Shown: positions 29,155 through 37,639 of the stretch, one piece after another
Layout: the number at the start of each line of letters is the position of its first letter
Position numbering within the stretch: position 1 is the stretch's first letter
Source of the DNA: Patescibacteria group bacterium
GTDB taxonomy: Bacteria; Patescibacteriota; Microgenomatia; UBA8517
Length of the DNA stretch: 64,000 nucleotides
Assembly: GCA_036835125.1 (NCBI GenBank)
Contig: DAITMO010000001.1
Location: 127,508-191,507, forward strand
Direction: 5' to 3'
Translations under genes and position numbers: made by a program
The notes under the pieces: generated by a model
Databases searched by the model: none
Seen by the model: only the letters and a program-made list of their open reading frames with translations
Told to the model about the DNA's origin: nothing

Positions 29155-31480
29155 TCTGGTGGTAGATGGATTTAAGAATTTTTACAATGGATGGAGTGAT
29201 TATTTACCAGGATATTTATATATATTGTGGTTTTTGGGGAAAATAAATCTTTTGGGTTTTATTCCACAAGTGGTGCTTTATAAACTACCCGCAATATTTT
29301 CAGATCTTTTAACTGGATTTTTGATCTATAAAATTATTAAGAAAAATCTTTCATTAAAATTAAAAAAAATATCTAATAAAAATGAATGTTTGGGACTTCT
29401 CGGAGCACTTATTTATATTTTTAACCCAGCAATTTTGGCAAATTCTTCACTTTGGGGGCAAGTTGATTCATTGACTGCTTTATCAGTAATTTCATCAATA
29501 TATTTGTTTGATAAAAAATATATTCTTTCTGCAATAGCTTTAGCAATCGGAACTTTAATAAAACCACAAGCTGCATTTGTTTTGCCAATAATCTTATATT
29601 TGTTTGTAGTAAATAAAAGAAAACTTAGTGAACTATTTTTCTATTGTTATACTGGTTTATTAGTATTCATTTTAGGTTTTATTCCTTTTTCAAATGGTAA
29701 CTTTTTTGAATTTATTATTAATAGACTTTCTTTGTCTGCTAATCAATATCAATATACTTCAGTAAACGCTTTTAACTTCTGGGGGCTTTTTGGGATGTGG
29801 AAACCAGACAATGTGGTATTTCAGTTTGGAAGTTATTTACTTGTAATTTTATTGTTTACTGTTTTACTAATTAAATTTAGAAAGAAAAAAATATCTCCTT
29901 ATACACTTGCTGTATTTATTTTCACTGCAAGCTTTATGCTCTTTACCAGAATGCATGAAAGGCATCTTTTGCCAGCGTTTGCTCCGATGGCAATTATCTT
30001 GATTGAAAACTCACTTTTTATTTTTCCATACTTAGGACTTTCAATAATATATATTTTGAATTTGCTTTATTCCTACAAGTGGATTACAGAAAATTTTATT
30101 AAAGTATATCCTGATATATTTACAAAATTTCTAGAAATATTTGGCATATTTTTCTTGGTTTTTGTCTTTTTAATAATATTAAAAAACTTTCAAATTACTT
30201 GGAAGAAATTAATATCATTTGCAAAAAATCTTGTTAATAAAATAAGTACATCAAAAACAGAAATGTCTCCAATGCCTCAAATTAAATTGTCCAATAAAAA
30301 ATCAAAAATTATTCTTCTTTTGATTCTAATATTTGCTTTTACTTCTCGAGTTTATAAATTAGGATCTCCAACAACAATGTATTTTGATGAGGTTTATCAC
30401 GCCTTCACTGCAAAAGTGATGATGGGGGAAGATAGAGCAAAAGCTTGGGAATGGTGGAACACTCCACCTGAAGGATTTGCGTATGAGTGGACTCACCCGC
30501 CTTTGGCAAAACTTGGAATGGTTATGGGAATGAGTATTTTTGGACAAAATTCATTTGGTTGGAGGATTCCAGGGGTATTACTAGGGGTAGGATCGGTATT
30601 TTTGATATATCTTTTGGCAAAAGAAATTTTTAAAGATGAAACCATAGGACTAATCTCTGCTGGGGTATTTTCACTTGATGGTTTGTCTTTGATTTTAAGC
30701 AGAATTGGTATGAATGATAGCTATCTATTATTCTTTTCACTTCTTTCAATATATTTGTTTTTAAAACAAAAAGATGCATTTTCTGCGTTATCTTTTGGTC
30801 TTGCACTTTCTTCTAAATGGTCTGCCTTGTGGGTTGTTCCAGTTCTTTTTATTCTTTGGCTGAAGCGCAGGAATAAATTTACTCCAGTTACGTTTTTGTC
30901 ATTTTTATTTTTACCAATTGCTATATATTTTTTAACCTACTTACCGATGTTTATAACAGGGCACACTATAGAGACTTGGTGGGGAATGCAAAAACAAATG
31001 TGGTGGTATCATACAAGACTTGATGCAACTCATTCTTATTCATCTCCTGCCTGGACCTGGCCATTTTTGGTTAGACCAGTATATCTTTATACAAGTGATG
31101 AAATAGGAGGATTTGTTTCAAGAATATATTTAATGGGTAATCCATTTGTTTTTTTCTCTGGATTTGCTTCAGTTTTAATGTGTGCAATATATTCAATAAT
31201 AGAGAGAAACAAAAATCTCGGGATAATTGTTTTTTCGTACCTTGTTTTCTTTGTCCCCTGGATTGCATCTCCAAGAGTTATGTTTTTATATCATTATCTT
31301 CCCTCAGTTCCATTCTTATCAATCGCAATAGCGTATGTTTTACGTAGAAATAGACGAATACTTCTTTTGTATATTGCTATTGCGGTTATATTGTTTATAT
31401 ATTTTTATCCTCATTGGACAGATATACAGATCCCTCTTTGGTTGGACAAAAGTTACTATTGGATAACAAGCTGGAGATAG
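29006..31480 (+). CDS. two-module GT-C membrane glycosyltransferase; C-terminal module is a PMT (protein O-mannosyltransferase, GT39)-like domain
   Basis: 824 aa with two TM-rich halves. The second half begins with the PMT loop-1 DE motif (MYFDEVYHAFTAKVMM ... YEWTHPPLAKL). The start at 29006 overlaps the divergent upstream gene, so the true start may be downstream. Confidence 0.6.
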   Translation: MKTKIKEKARNFFIPNIVYVLIFGFLTRLFLSFFGTLHLDQGTFVAWSNNLVVDGFKNFYNGWSDYLPGYLYILWFLGKINLLGFIPQVVLYKLPAIFSDLLTGFLIYKIIKKNLSLKLKKISNKNECLGLLGALIYIFNPAILANSSLWGQVDSLTALSVISSIYLFDKKYILSAIALAIGTLIKPQAAFVLPIILYLFVVNKRKLSELFFYCYTGLLVFILGFIPFSNGNFFEFIINRLSLSANQYQYTSVNAFNFWGLFGMWKPDNVVFQFGSYLLVILLFTVLLIKFRKKKISPYTLAVFIFTASFMLFTRMHERHLLPAFAPMAIILIENSLFIFPYLGLSIIYILNLLYSYKWITENFIKVYPDIFTKFLEIFGIFFLVFVFLIILKNFQITWKKLISFAKNLVNKISTSKTEMSPMPQIKLSNKKSKIILLLILIFAFTSRVYKLGSPTTMYFDEVYHAFTAKVMMGEDRAKAWEWWNTPPEGFAYEWTHPPLAKLGMVMGMSIFGQNSFGWRIPGVLLGVGSVFLIYLLAKEIFKDETIGLISAGVFSLDGLSLILSRIGMNDSYLLFFSLLSIYLFLKQKDAFSALSFGLALSSKWSALWVVPVLFILWLKRRNKFTPVTFLSFLFLPIAIYFLTYLPMFITGHTIETWWGMQKQMWWYHTRLDATHSYSSPAWTWPFLVRPVYLYTSDEIGGFVSRIYLMGNPFVFFSGFASVLMCAIYSIIERNKNLGIIVFSYLVFFVPWIASPRVMFLYHYLPSVPFLSIAIAYVLRRNRRILLLYIAIAVILFIYFYPHWTDIQIPLWLDKSYYWITSWR

Positions 31481-31482
31481 TT

Positions 31483-31770
31483 TCAGGCTGGTCCGAAACG
31501 GAAGTTTCCCTTCAGAATTAAGAATACCAATATTCCTAAAATAAAAATTGTGACAAGGAAGTAGGTTACAGACCATTTTCCAGATTTTGGAAAAAATTTA
31601 TCAAAAGGATAATATGAAAAATTTTCAGATTTCAACTTACCTAATGTATAAAAAGTCAGCTTGTATCCTAAATAAATTACTAGAATAAGAACTAGTACCA
31701 ATATAATTATAGAAAAATTGGAATTAACAAAATTGGTAATGTGTTTTGATAACTCAATTAGTTTATTCAC
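31483..31770 (-). CDS. small membrane protein
   Basis: 95 aa with two TM segments. It is the last gene of the minus-strand surface-protein operon. Confidence 0.35.
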   Translation of the reverse strand: MNKLIELSKHITNFVNSNFSIIILVLVLILVIYLGYKLTFYTLGKLKSENFSYYPFDKFFPKSGKWSVTYFLVTIFILGILVFLILKGNFRFGPA

Positions 31771-31777
31771 AGAATAT

Positions 31778-32305
31778 TTAGATTACTAATAAAATTGATC
31801 CGAAGAGAATGATTATTCCCAAACCAATTCCTGTAAGAGTTGGCCAACTAATCCCCGACTGAGGTAAAGCTGCAGCTGTTGCTGTTGGAGTGGCAGTTCC
31901 ACATGTGCAATCTGTATCCTCCGGACAATTTGGATTTCTGCAGTAGCCATTGTAACAGTAATATCCTGATCCACAATTAGAATTGCTTCCACAAGTACCA
32001 CCACAAGAATTTGGTTCTCCGGAGGAAGTTGGAGTTGGTGTTGGTGACGGAGTTGAAGAACCAGTTGCTGTTGGAGTAGCAGAAGGTGTGCTGGTTGGAG
32101 ATGGTGTAATAGTTGAAATTGTAAAAGACAGAGAACAACCAACTAGAGGAGTTAGAGCTTTAGGATTACTACTTGGTGCATTTGGTGCAACAGTAGTCTC
32201 TCTTAATTGATAAAGTCTGAAAGCTGTAAAAATAGCAACACCTGCCAATATAACTGTAGCAATTATTATTAAAGTTGTTCCAACTTTTCCAATAGGTTTT
32301 TTCAT
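31778..32305 (-). CDS. secreted/anchored Thr-Pro-rich protein with Cys-rich module and C-terminal LPQSG + hydrophobic tail
   Basis: N-terminal signal anchor and a TPSPTSTPSATPTATGSSTPSPTPTPTS linker. Cys module: GEPNSCGGTCGSNSNCGSGYYCYNGYCRNPNCPEDTDCTCG. It ends AAALPQSGISWPTLTGIGLGIIILFGSILLVI. Confidence 0.6.
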   Translation of the reverse strand: MKKPIGKVGTTLIIIATVILAGVAIFTAFRLYQLRETTVAPNAPSSNPKALTPLVGCSLSFTISTITPSPTSTPSATPTATGSSTPSPTPTPTSSGEPNSCGGTCGSNSNCGSGYYCYNGYCRNPNCPEDTDCTCGTATPTATAAALPQSGISWPTLTGIGLGIIILFGSILLVI

Positions 32306-32312
32306 ATTATTT

Positions 32313-33476
32313 TTAAAACCACCCTAATGTTGGATGGTGGACTTGACCTGAAATATTAAATGTAGTTGTATCACTTGGAATGGTATAGCTCTGACAGAAA
32401 TCATTTGATTCCGCCCTTTGCAATGTGGTCTCTTCATTCAGTATTCCGTTTATAGTAAATCTTGCTTTATCAAAAATTCCAGACGAAGAATAACCAGAAA
32501 CACACAAATAAATGACGTCCCCTTCTTTCAAGAGCGATCTGTCGCTTGCACTAATTAGCTCCCAACTTGAAGAATAGGTAGATATAGATGAACAATATGT
32601 TGATATAGGGGGACTTGTTGGTGGTGAAGTTGGGGGACTTGTTGGTGGTGAGGTGGGTAAAGTTGGGTCACAAAGCTCATTTGTACATCTAGTTCCATTT
32701 CCTTGATAAGTACACGCATTGGGTGTGAGACAGTAGTTTCCGGGTGCTGGATTCCTTCCAGAAGGACATATACAATTAGCGTTTCCTATGATGGGTTGTC
32801 CATATTCGGCCTTGACGTTGTAGCATTTATAAATCTTTTCGGCACCATAACCGCCACAAAAACTTCCACCTATATCATGATCATAAACACAATCCATATC
32901 GCCTAGTTGACATGTAGGTTTTGAAGCACACACACCTCCGTTACACAATCCACTACAACATTCTGCATTACTTGAGCATGATTTACTATTTGTTTTACAG
33001 CAAATACCACCGTTACAAGTACCATAACAACATTCACTTGAGTTGCTGCAGGCACCACCAATTAATACATTACAATTTCCAGCAACACAAAGTCCATCAC
33101 TACATACTCCTGAAGTACATTCTGAATTTTTTCCACATCTGCTTCCATTGGAATATGCTGCCTCTTGTTTAAACAGTTGTTTTTGCCCAATCAAATATGT
33201 ACCTGCACCCAACCCTCCCACTAATACTAAAATTCCCAAGATTGTTGCAATAATTCTTTTTGTTCCAAATTTTTTCTTTGGATTTGAAGCAATGTTGTTT
33301 GTATTAGGAACAGGAGAAGCTGTTCCAGAATCTTTGACTGGTTTATTCTCTATCTGTTCTGTTTTTTCCACATTCTGAAAATCTGCAGGCATTGGTGGCA
33401 GATCTGTTTGAGAAGCAAATGATATTCCCGGATTAGGATTATTTTGTTGTTGGTTATTTGAGTCTTGGTTGGGCAT
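32313..33476 (-). CDS. membrane-anchored Cys-rich repeat protein with (TSPP)n linker
   Basis: Q/N/P-rich N-terminus, then a TM anchor. Three knottin-like Cys repeats follow (CGKNSECTSGVCSDGLCV; CSNSSECCYGTCNGGICC; CSSNAECCSGLCNGGVC). Then TSPPTSPPTSPPTSPP and a C-terminal domain. Confidence 0.55.
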   Translation of the reverse strand: MPNQDSNNQQQNNPNPGISFASQTDLPPMPADFQNVEKTEQIENKPVKDSGTASPVPNTNNIASNPKKKFGTKRIIATILGILVLVGGLGAGTYLIGQKQLFKQEAAYSNGSRCGKNSECTSGVCSDGLCVAGNCNVLIGGACSNSSECCYGTCNGGICCKTNSKSCSSNAECCSGLCNGGVCASKPTCQLGDMDCVYDHDIGGSFCGGYGAEKIYKCYNVKAEYGQPIIGNANCICPSGRNPAPGNYCLTPNACTYQGNGTRCTNELCDPTLPTSPPTSPPTSPPTSPPISTYCSSISTYSSSWELISASDRSLLKEGDVIYLCVSGYSSSGIFDKARFTINGILNEETTLQRAESNDFCQSYTIPSDTTTFNISGQVHHPTLGWF

Positions 33477-33533
33477 GTTAATAAATATATCTATTCACTC
33501 CATTGTAGAATATGTGTCTTATTTGGTCAAAGT

Positions 33534-34331
33534 TTATATCGCCAAAAGGAGCAGAGACCCAATTATCACAATTGTTCCAATTCCCATTCCAAGGAAACTG
33601 GGCCAATTAACTCCTGACTGTGGTAATGCAGCCTGCGTTGGCGTTGGTGTTGGAGATGAACAATTACAATCTTGATTTGCAGGACAACTTGGGTTTCTGC
33701 AGTAGCCATTATAACAATAAAAATCTGTTCCACAATTAGAATTGCTTCCACAAGTACCACCACAAGAATTTGGTTCCCCTGATGATATTGGAGTTGGTGT
33801 GGCTGTTGTAGTCGCAGTTGGAGTTGATGATGGAGTGGCGGTTGGGGTAGGCTCTAGTGTTGGAGTTGGTGTTGGTTCTATAGTTGGTGTGGGTGTCGAA
33901 ACAATTTCAACCGCTGCTGGGGCATGATAACAACATATTGGCAATACAGCATCTCCCGCACTACACGTTACTCCTGACTCCTCTCCGGCTCCCATCTGGT
34001 CATCTCTTGCTGGTGTAGTCTGGCATTTTGGTGTACAGTCACAAGCTTCCTCTTCTAGTATTTGAGGTTGTTGTGTGAGAATAATACCAGCACCAATACC
34101 TCCCACAATAACAATAACTCCCAAAATAGCAGCGATGATTTTCTTCTTTTTCCCAAATTTTCCTCGTGGTTTAGCAATGATTGTGTTTGGAGAAGCAACT
34201 ACACTACTTACATTTCCACCATTTTGTAATTCTGTTGGCATTGGTGGTAAGTCTGTTTGAGAAGCAAAAGACCCTGCAGTAAGATCACTCTGTGATGTTT
34301 GTTGTTGATTTGGATTATCTTGATTGGGCAT
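33534..34331 (-). CDS. secreted/anchored Thr-Pro-rich protein with Cys-rich module and C-terminal LPQSG + hydrophobic tail (paralog of 31778..32305)
   Basis: It shares the N-terminus (MPNQD..NQQQ..SFASQTDLPPMP plus TM) with 32313..33476. It shares the Cys module (GEPNSCGGTCGSNSNCG..YCYNGYCRNP.CP) and the LPQSG tail with 31778..32305. Confidence 0.6.
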   Translation of the reverse strand: MPNQDNPNQQQTSQSDLTAGSFASQTDLPPMPTELQNGGNVSSVVASPNTIIAKPRGKFGKKKKIIAAILGVIVIVGGIGAGIILTQQPQILEEEACDCTPKCQTTPARDDQMGAGEESGVTCSAGDAVLPICCYHAPAAVEIVSTPTPTIEPTPTPTLEPTPTATPSSTPTATTTATPTPISSGEPNSCGGTCGSNSNCGTDFYCYNGYCRNPSCPANQDCNCSSPTPTPTQAALPQSGVNWPSFLGMGIGTIVIIGSLLLLAI

Positions 34332-34333
34332 AT

Positions 34334-35698
34334 TTAATTTTCAGCTTCTCTCCAGACGTAAAAACCAAAGGATACTACCCCCAATCCCACTATTAACATT
34401 AACACAGTTGGAAGCAAACTCCCAGATTTTGGAAGTGAGGATGGTGTAGCTATGAGAGTTGGAGAAGGTTTAACTGTTGGCGTTGAAGTTGCCTTTGGTG
34501 TTGCTGTCGGACTACCTGTTTTTACAGGAGTCGGAGTTGGTGTTGCTGTCTGTTTTGGTGTTGCTGTTGGAGTCGATTCAAAAGCAGGCAATTCTCCAGC
34601 TTGTACTACAAAGTTTCTGGTTATTGTGCGTGTTATTCCTGAAAGATCTATCCATGAAATAGTAATAGTGTGTTCACCTGGACTCAAATTTGAAGGAGGT
34701 GACCAACTCCAAGAACCAGTTGAAGCGACTTTTGTACTGCCTGTAATCTCCTCATCTGAGTGAACGGTAATGGTTATGTTTGTACCTTTTGGTCCATCTC
34801 CAAAAAATTCAGGAGTATCGCTAGTAATTACTTCTCCCTCAGTTATGCTCTCAAGAGTTACTTTTGAGGAGTCTGAACTAACAGAATCTGAATCAACATT
34901 AAATTTTGATTCAGAAGTGGCACTTGTTGGAAGTTCTAAATTTGCATTGGGGTTGTTCCCATCAGCAATTGGTTCAAGACTTCTAAAATCTTGATCTTTT
35001 CCAATGATTAGAGCTGGTATTGGATTTGCAGACCTTGGATAAACCTTAGCTGTTGCAATTTCTCCCGTTTCAGAAATAGCAGAGATTTCAAGAAGAGTTT
35101 TGTTTAAGTCAATTTGGGCATATGATTTCAAGTCTGTAGTGCGCACTGAACCAAGTTGTATTACAAATACCCCACTGTCAGATGTAATTGACGATATTGT
35201 ATAGCCATTAACCATAATATGAATAAGTGCTCTTTTTGATGGTTCACCCGAAGCTGTCAATATTGATCCTGATATGGGGATAGAAGGTTGACTTGTATTT
35301 ATTTTTTTACCAGTTGAAAATTGCCAAGTTGTGCCGTTATTATCAAACATTTTTCCTTCAGAGTTAATTTTGAAATAGTAGATAGTCTCCGGCTCTAATC
35401 CGGTAAGAGTAATACTATGAGTGTTATAGCCTTCCTCGTCTTCACTTTCATTTGCGACTGTTCCGACGTTTTGAGAAGTACCATATGAAACAAAACCTGT
35501 TGTTGCGTCTTCGGTAAACCAAGATACAGTAGCGGAAGAATCAGAAATTGAACCAATACGAATATTATTAGGTGTTATTGTAGGACTGGCGCCAATTCTA
35601 AATACTTGATTGTTTCTTAATAGAATAACTCCAGCAAAAACACCAAAGAAAAGAACAATGATCCCTAGTATTGTTGGTATTTTATTTCTTTTAATCAT
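34334..35698 (-). CDS. cell-surface protein with FN3-like and Ig-like domains, TP-rich stalk and LPKSG sorting-signal-like C-terminus
   Basis: Signal anchor, then an FN3/PAP-N-like domain (SATVSWFTEDATTGFVSYGTS...ETIYYFKINS). An Ig-like domain follows (GTNITITVHSDEEITGSTKV...HTITISW). Then a TPTATPKQTATPTPTP stalk. It ends LPKSGSLLPTVLMLIVGLGVVSFGFYVWREAEN, i.e. motif, TM, then a charged tail. Confidence 0.6.
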   Translation of the reverse strand: MIKRNKIPTILGIIVLFFGVFAGVILLRNNQVFRIGASPTITPNNIRIGSISDSSATVSWFTEDATTGFVSYGTSQNVGTVANESEDEEGYNTHSITLTGLEPETIYYFKINSEGKMFDNNGTTWQFSTGKKINTSQPSIPISGSILTASGEPSKRALIHIMVNGYTISSITSDSGVFVIQLGSVRTTDLKSYAQIDLNKTLLEISAISETGEIATAKVYPRSANPIPALIIGKDQDFRSLEPIADGNNPNANLELPTSATSESKFNVDSDSVSSDSSKVTLESITEGEVITSDTPEFFGDGPKGTNITITVHSDEEITGSTKVASTGSWSWSPPSNLSPGEHTITISWIDLSGITRTITRNFVVQAGELPAFESTPTATPKQTATPTPTPVKTGSPTATPKATSTPTVKPSPTLIATPSSLPKSGSLLPTVLMLIVGLGVVSFGFYVWREAEN

Positions 35699-36066
35699 AT
35701 TTGTGCACTAGGTGAGGCACTTTGAGTGGCCTCTACATTTATTGGTTCAGGTGTAATTGTTGGAATTGGAACAACCATAGTATTTGATTCTATATTAAGT
35801 GGCGGAATTTCAGAATCAGGAATAAAAATTGCAGACTCAATCAATTGAATAGATTCCAAATTAATATTTGGATCTATTGGTTTTGTAATGTTTGTAGGCA
35901 CAATTGTAGGTGGTTTAATTGTGAATGTTCTGTAAACAGACAAACTTACCCACAATAACGTAGTTAGAAGGGTGAGTATAAGTATGGAAATTGGTTTAGG
36001 GATTTTTCCCTTATTTTGATTATCTGTTTTCATATAAGTATGGGATTCTTCCCGAAATGACAGCAA
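35695..36066 (-). CDS. membrane-anchored Pro-rich protein (possible PilP-like pilus assembly component)
   Basis: 123 aa with one TM and a Pro/Ile-rich periplasmic tail. It lies immediately downstream of pilO-like. The true start may be MKTDNQ at 36033. Confidence 0.3.
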   Translation of the reverse strand: MLSFREESHTYMKTDNQNKGKIPKPISILILTLLTTLLWVSLSVYRTFTIKPPTIVPTNITKPIDPNINLESIQLIESAIFIPDSEIPPLNIESNTMVVPIPTITPEPINVEATQSASPSAQI

Positions 36067-36679
36067 TTAGTGTTTTCCCTTCGTTGGTTGTAGATGAGCT
36101 GATGGATACGTTATCAATTATCGATATTACTCTCATTCTACCCATATTTGTAATAAAATTGTTTATATTATTGTAAAATCCCCTAACATTTAATACATAA
36201 CTTACTCCCTTTGTTTCATTAGGTAAATCTATTAGTACATCTTCGTTAATGGTGGATTTTAATTGACCTTTTACAACAATTTCTTTCATTGATATTCCGA
36301 CCAAATCAACTTCATTTCTAACAGCCAATCCTTCTACCTGTTTTGCAAATAAATCTGGATTTGGTGAAGATGGAATAGCAGTATTAATTATCTCTAATAT
36401 AGGTTGGTATTGATTAACAATATTGTTAGCTTTTTTTAAATCATTTAACTTCTTATCAAGAATACTTATTACTTTCTTTTCTTCATTGATTTGTTGAACC
36501 AGGCTGATTATGGTTAAAGCTGTTGGTTTAATAGCAAACACTAAAAAGACCAATACAGCAATTATCGAAAGTACGATTTCCAAAAATGCCCTCAAGTCTG
36601 CCCTTTTTTTGTATAGCTCAGTAACATTTAAAAAAACCTCTTTATATCTTAGATAAGCTGATTTCCAATTAGATGCCAT
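36020..36679 (-). CDS. type IV pilus assembly protein PilO-like
   Basis: 219 aa. Single N-terminal TM after a short cytoplasmic segment, then a coiled coil and a ferredoxin-like C-terminal domain. It sits directly after pilN-like. Confidence 0.45.
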   Translation of the reverse strand: MASNWKSAYLRYKEVFLNVTELYKKRADLRAFLEIVLSIIAVLVFLVFAIKPTALTIISLVQQINEEKKVISILDKKLNDLKKANNIVNQYQPILEIINTAIPSSPNPDLFAKQVEGLAVRNEVDLVGISMKEIVVKGQLKSTINEDVLIDLPNETKGVSYVLNVRGFYNNINNFITNMGRMRVISIIDNVSISSSTTNEGKTLIAVISGRIPYLYENR

Positions 36680-36680
36680 G

Positions 36681-37211
36681 TTAGTATTCTATGTCTATAA
36701 CAAAATTTGTTCCTCCAAAATTACTTTCAGATGAACTCAGTTGTTTTAATTCAACTTTTTTGAAAAGATCACCTTCAAGATTATTAATATAACCACTAAT
36801 ATCAAAATCTGATAAGGAATAACCTCTGATATTAATAGATTTGTTTTCAATTACTATTCTGGATAACGTTATTGTTGTGGGTATGCTTCCAGTGATTTTG
36901 TCTAATATCTGAGTAGTATTTTGAATTTTTGCTATTTTTCCATAGGTATCGACTTTTGTTTGCATACTTCGAAATTGTTTTTCTAACTCTCCTTGAGCCA
37001 AAATTTGTCCGGTTTTGACTTTTATTATTTTGTTCAAATTTGAATTCTGAGTGTCAAGCCAAAATCTTGAGAGAAATGCAGCCATTACAACTATTTCTGT
37101 CACAATGACGATGATACGAAATGTACCCGTTGCCCATTTTAAAACACGACCAATGGTGGAAGAATTAAATTCTTCTTGAGGAAGTAAATTTATTGACTTA
37201 TTTTTGGGCAT
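36681..37211 (-). CDS. type IV pilus assembly protein PilN-like
   Basis: N-terminal INLLP motif (MPKNKSINLLPQEEF), which is the PilM-binding signature of PilN. It is followed by a single TM and a periplasmic domain. Confidence 0.55.
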   Translation of the reverse strand: MPKNKSINLLPQEEFNSSTIGRVLKWATGTFRIIVIVTEIVVMAAFLSRFWLDTQNSNLNKIIKVKTGQILAQGELEKQFRSMQTKVDTYGKIAKIQNTTQILDKITGSIPTTITLSRIVIENKSINIRGYSLSDFDISGYINNLEGDLFKKVELKQLSSSESNFGGTNFVIDIEY

Positions 37212-37276
37212 AATCTAGGCAGGCCATAGGCCTTAAATCAATATAGCACATGTAAATGCGTGAAAGAAGCGAATTG

Positions 37277-37567
37277 TTACTTTTTGGAAGAAGACTTTTT
37301 GGCCTTTTTTGATGTAGATTTTACAGCAGGCTTTGAAACGATCATTTTTGCAAGTTGAGACTTAATTCTTGCAGCTTTATTTTTATGAATAATTCTCTTT
37401 TTTGCTGCACGATCAGCGAGGGAAGATGCTCTAATAATCTCCTCGTTTTTCTTAGATTTTTTGGCAACACGAATTGCAATTTCCAAATTTTTAATTGCTA
37501 TTTTGTTGACCTCTGCTTTGTTTTTTGATCCTCTAAGGGCTCTTTTTGCTGTTTTAGTTACTGGCAT
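37277..37567 (-). CDS. rpsT: 30S ribosomal protein S20
   Basis: 96-aa basic protein, MPVTKTAKRALRGSKNKAEVNK..., typical of bS20. Confidence 0.85.
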   Translation of the reverse strand: MPVTKTAKRALRGSKNKAEVNKIAIKNLEIAIRVAKKSKKNEEIIRASSLADRAAKKRIIHKNKAARIKSQLAKMIVSKPAVKSTSKKAKKSSSKK

Positions 37568-37639
37568 ATTTTTGATTTATGGTTGTTAGTATATGACAAA
37601 GAAGCTAGAATATCAATCAGAACTACCCTAAAAAGAAAT

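Noticed and set aside
32580-32660. Short regular repeats that might suggest a CRISPR array
   Set aside because: The units are contiguous 24-bp in-frame coding repeats (TSPP linker) with no spacers. No repeat-spacer architecture exists anywhere in the window.
31813-34260. Plus- and minus-strand ORFs (31813..32142, 31983..32210, 33566..33763, 33742..33927, 34075..34260, 34452..34994) overlapping the Thr/Pro-rich surface protein genes
   Set aside because: They are artefacts of the repetitive ACN/CCN codon runs. The real genes are the minus-strand secreted proteins with signal anchors.
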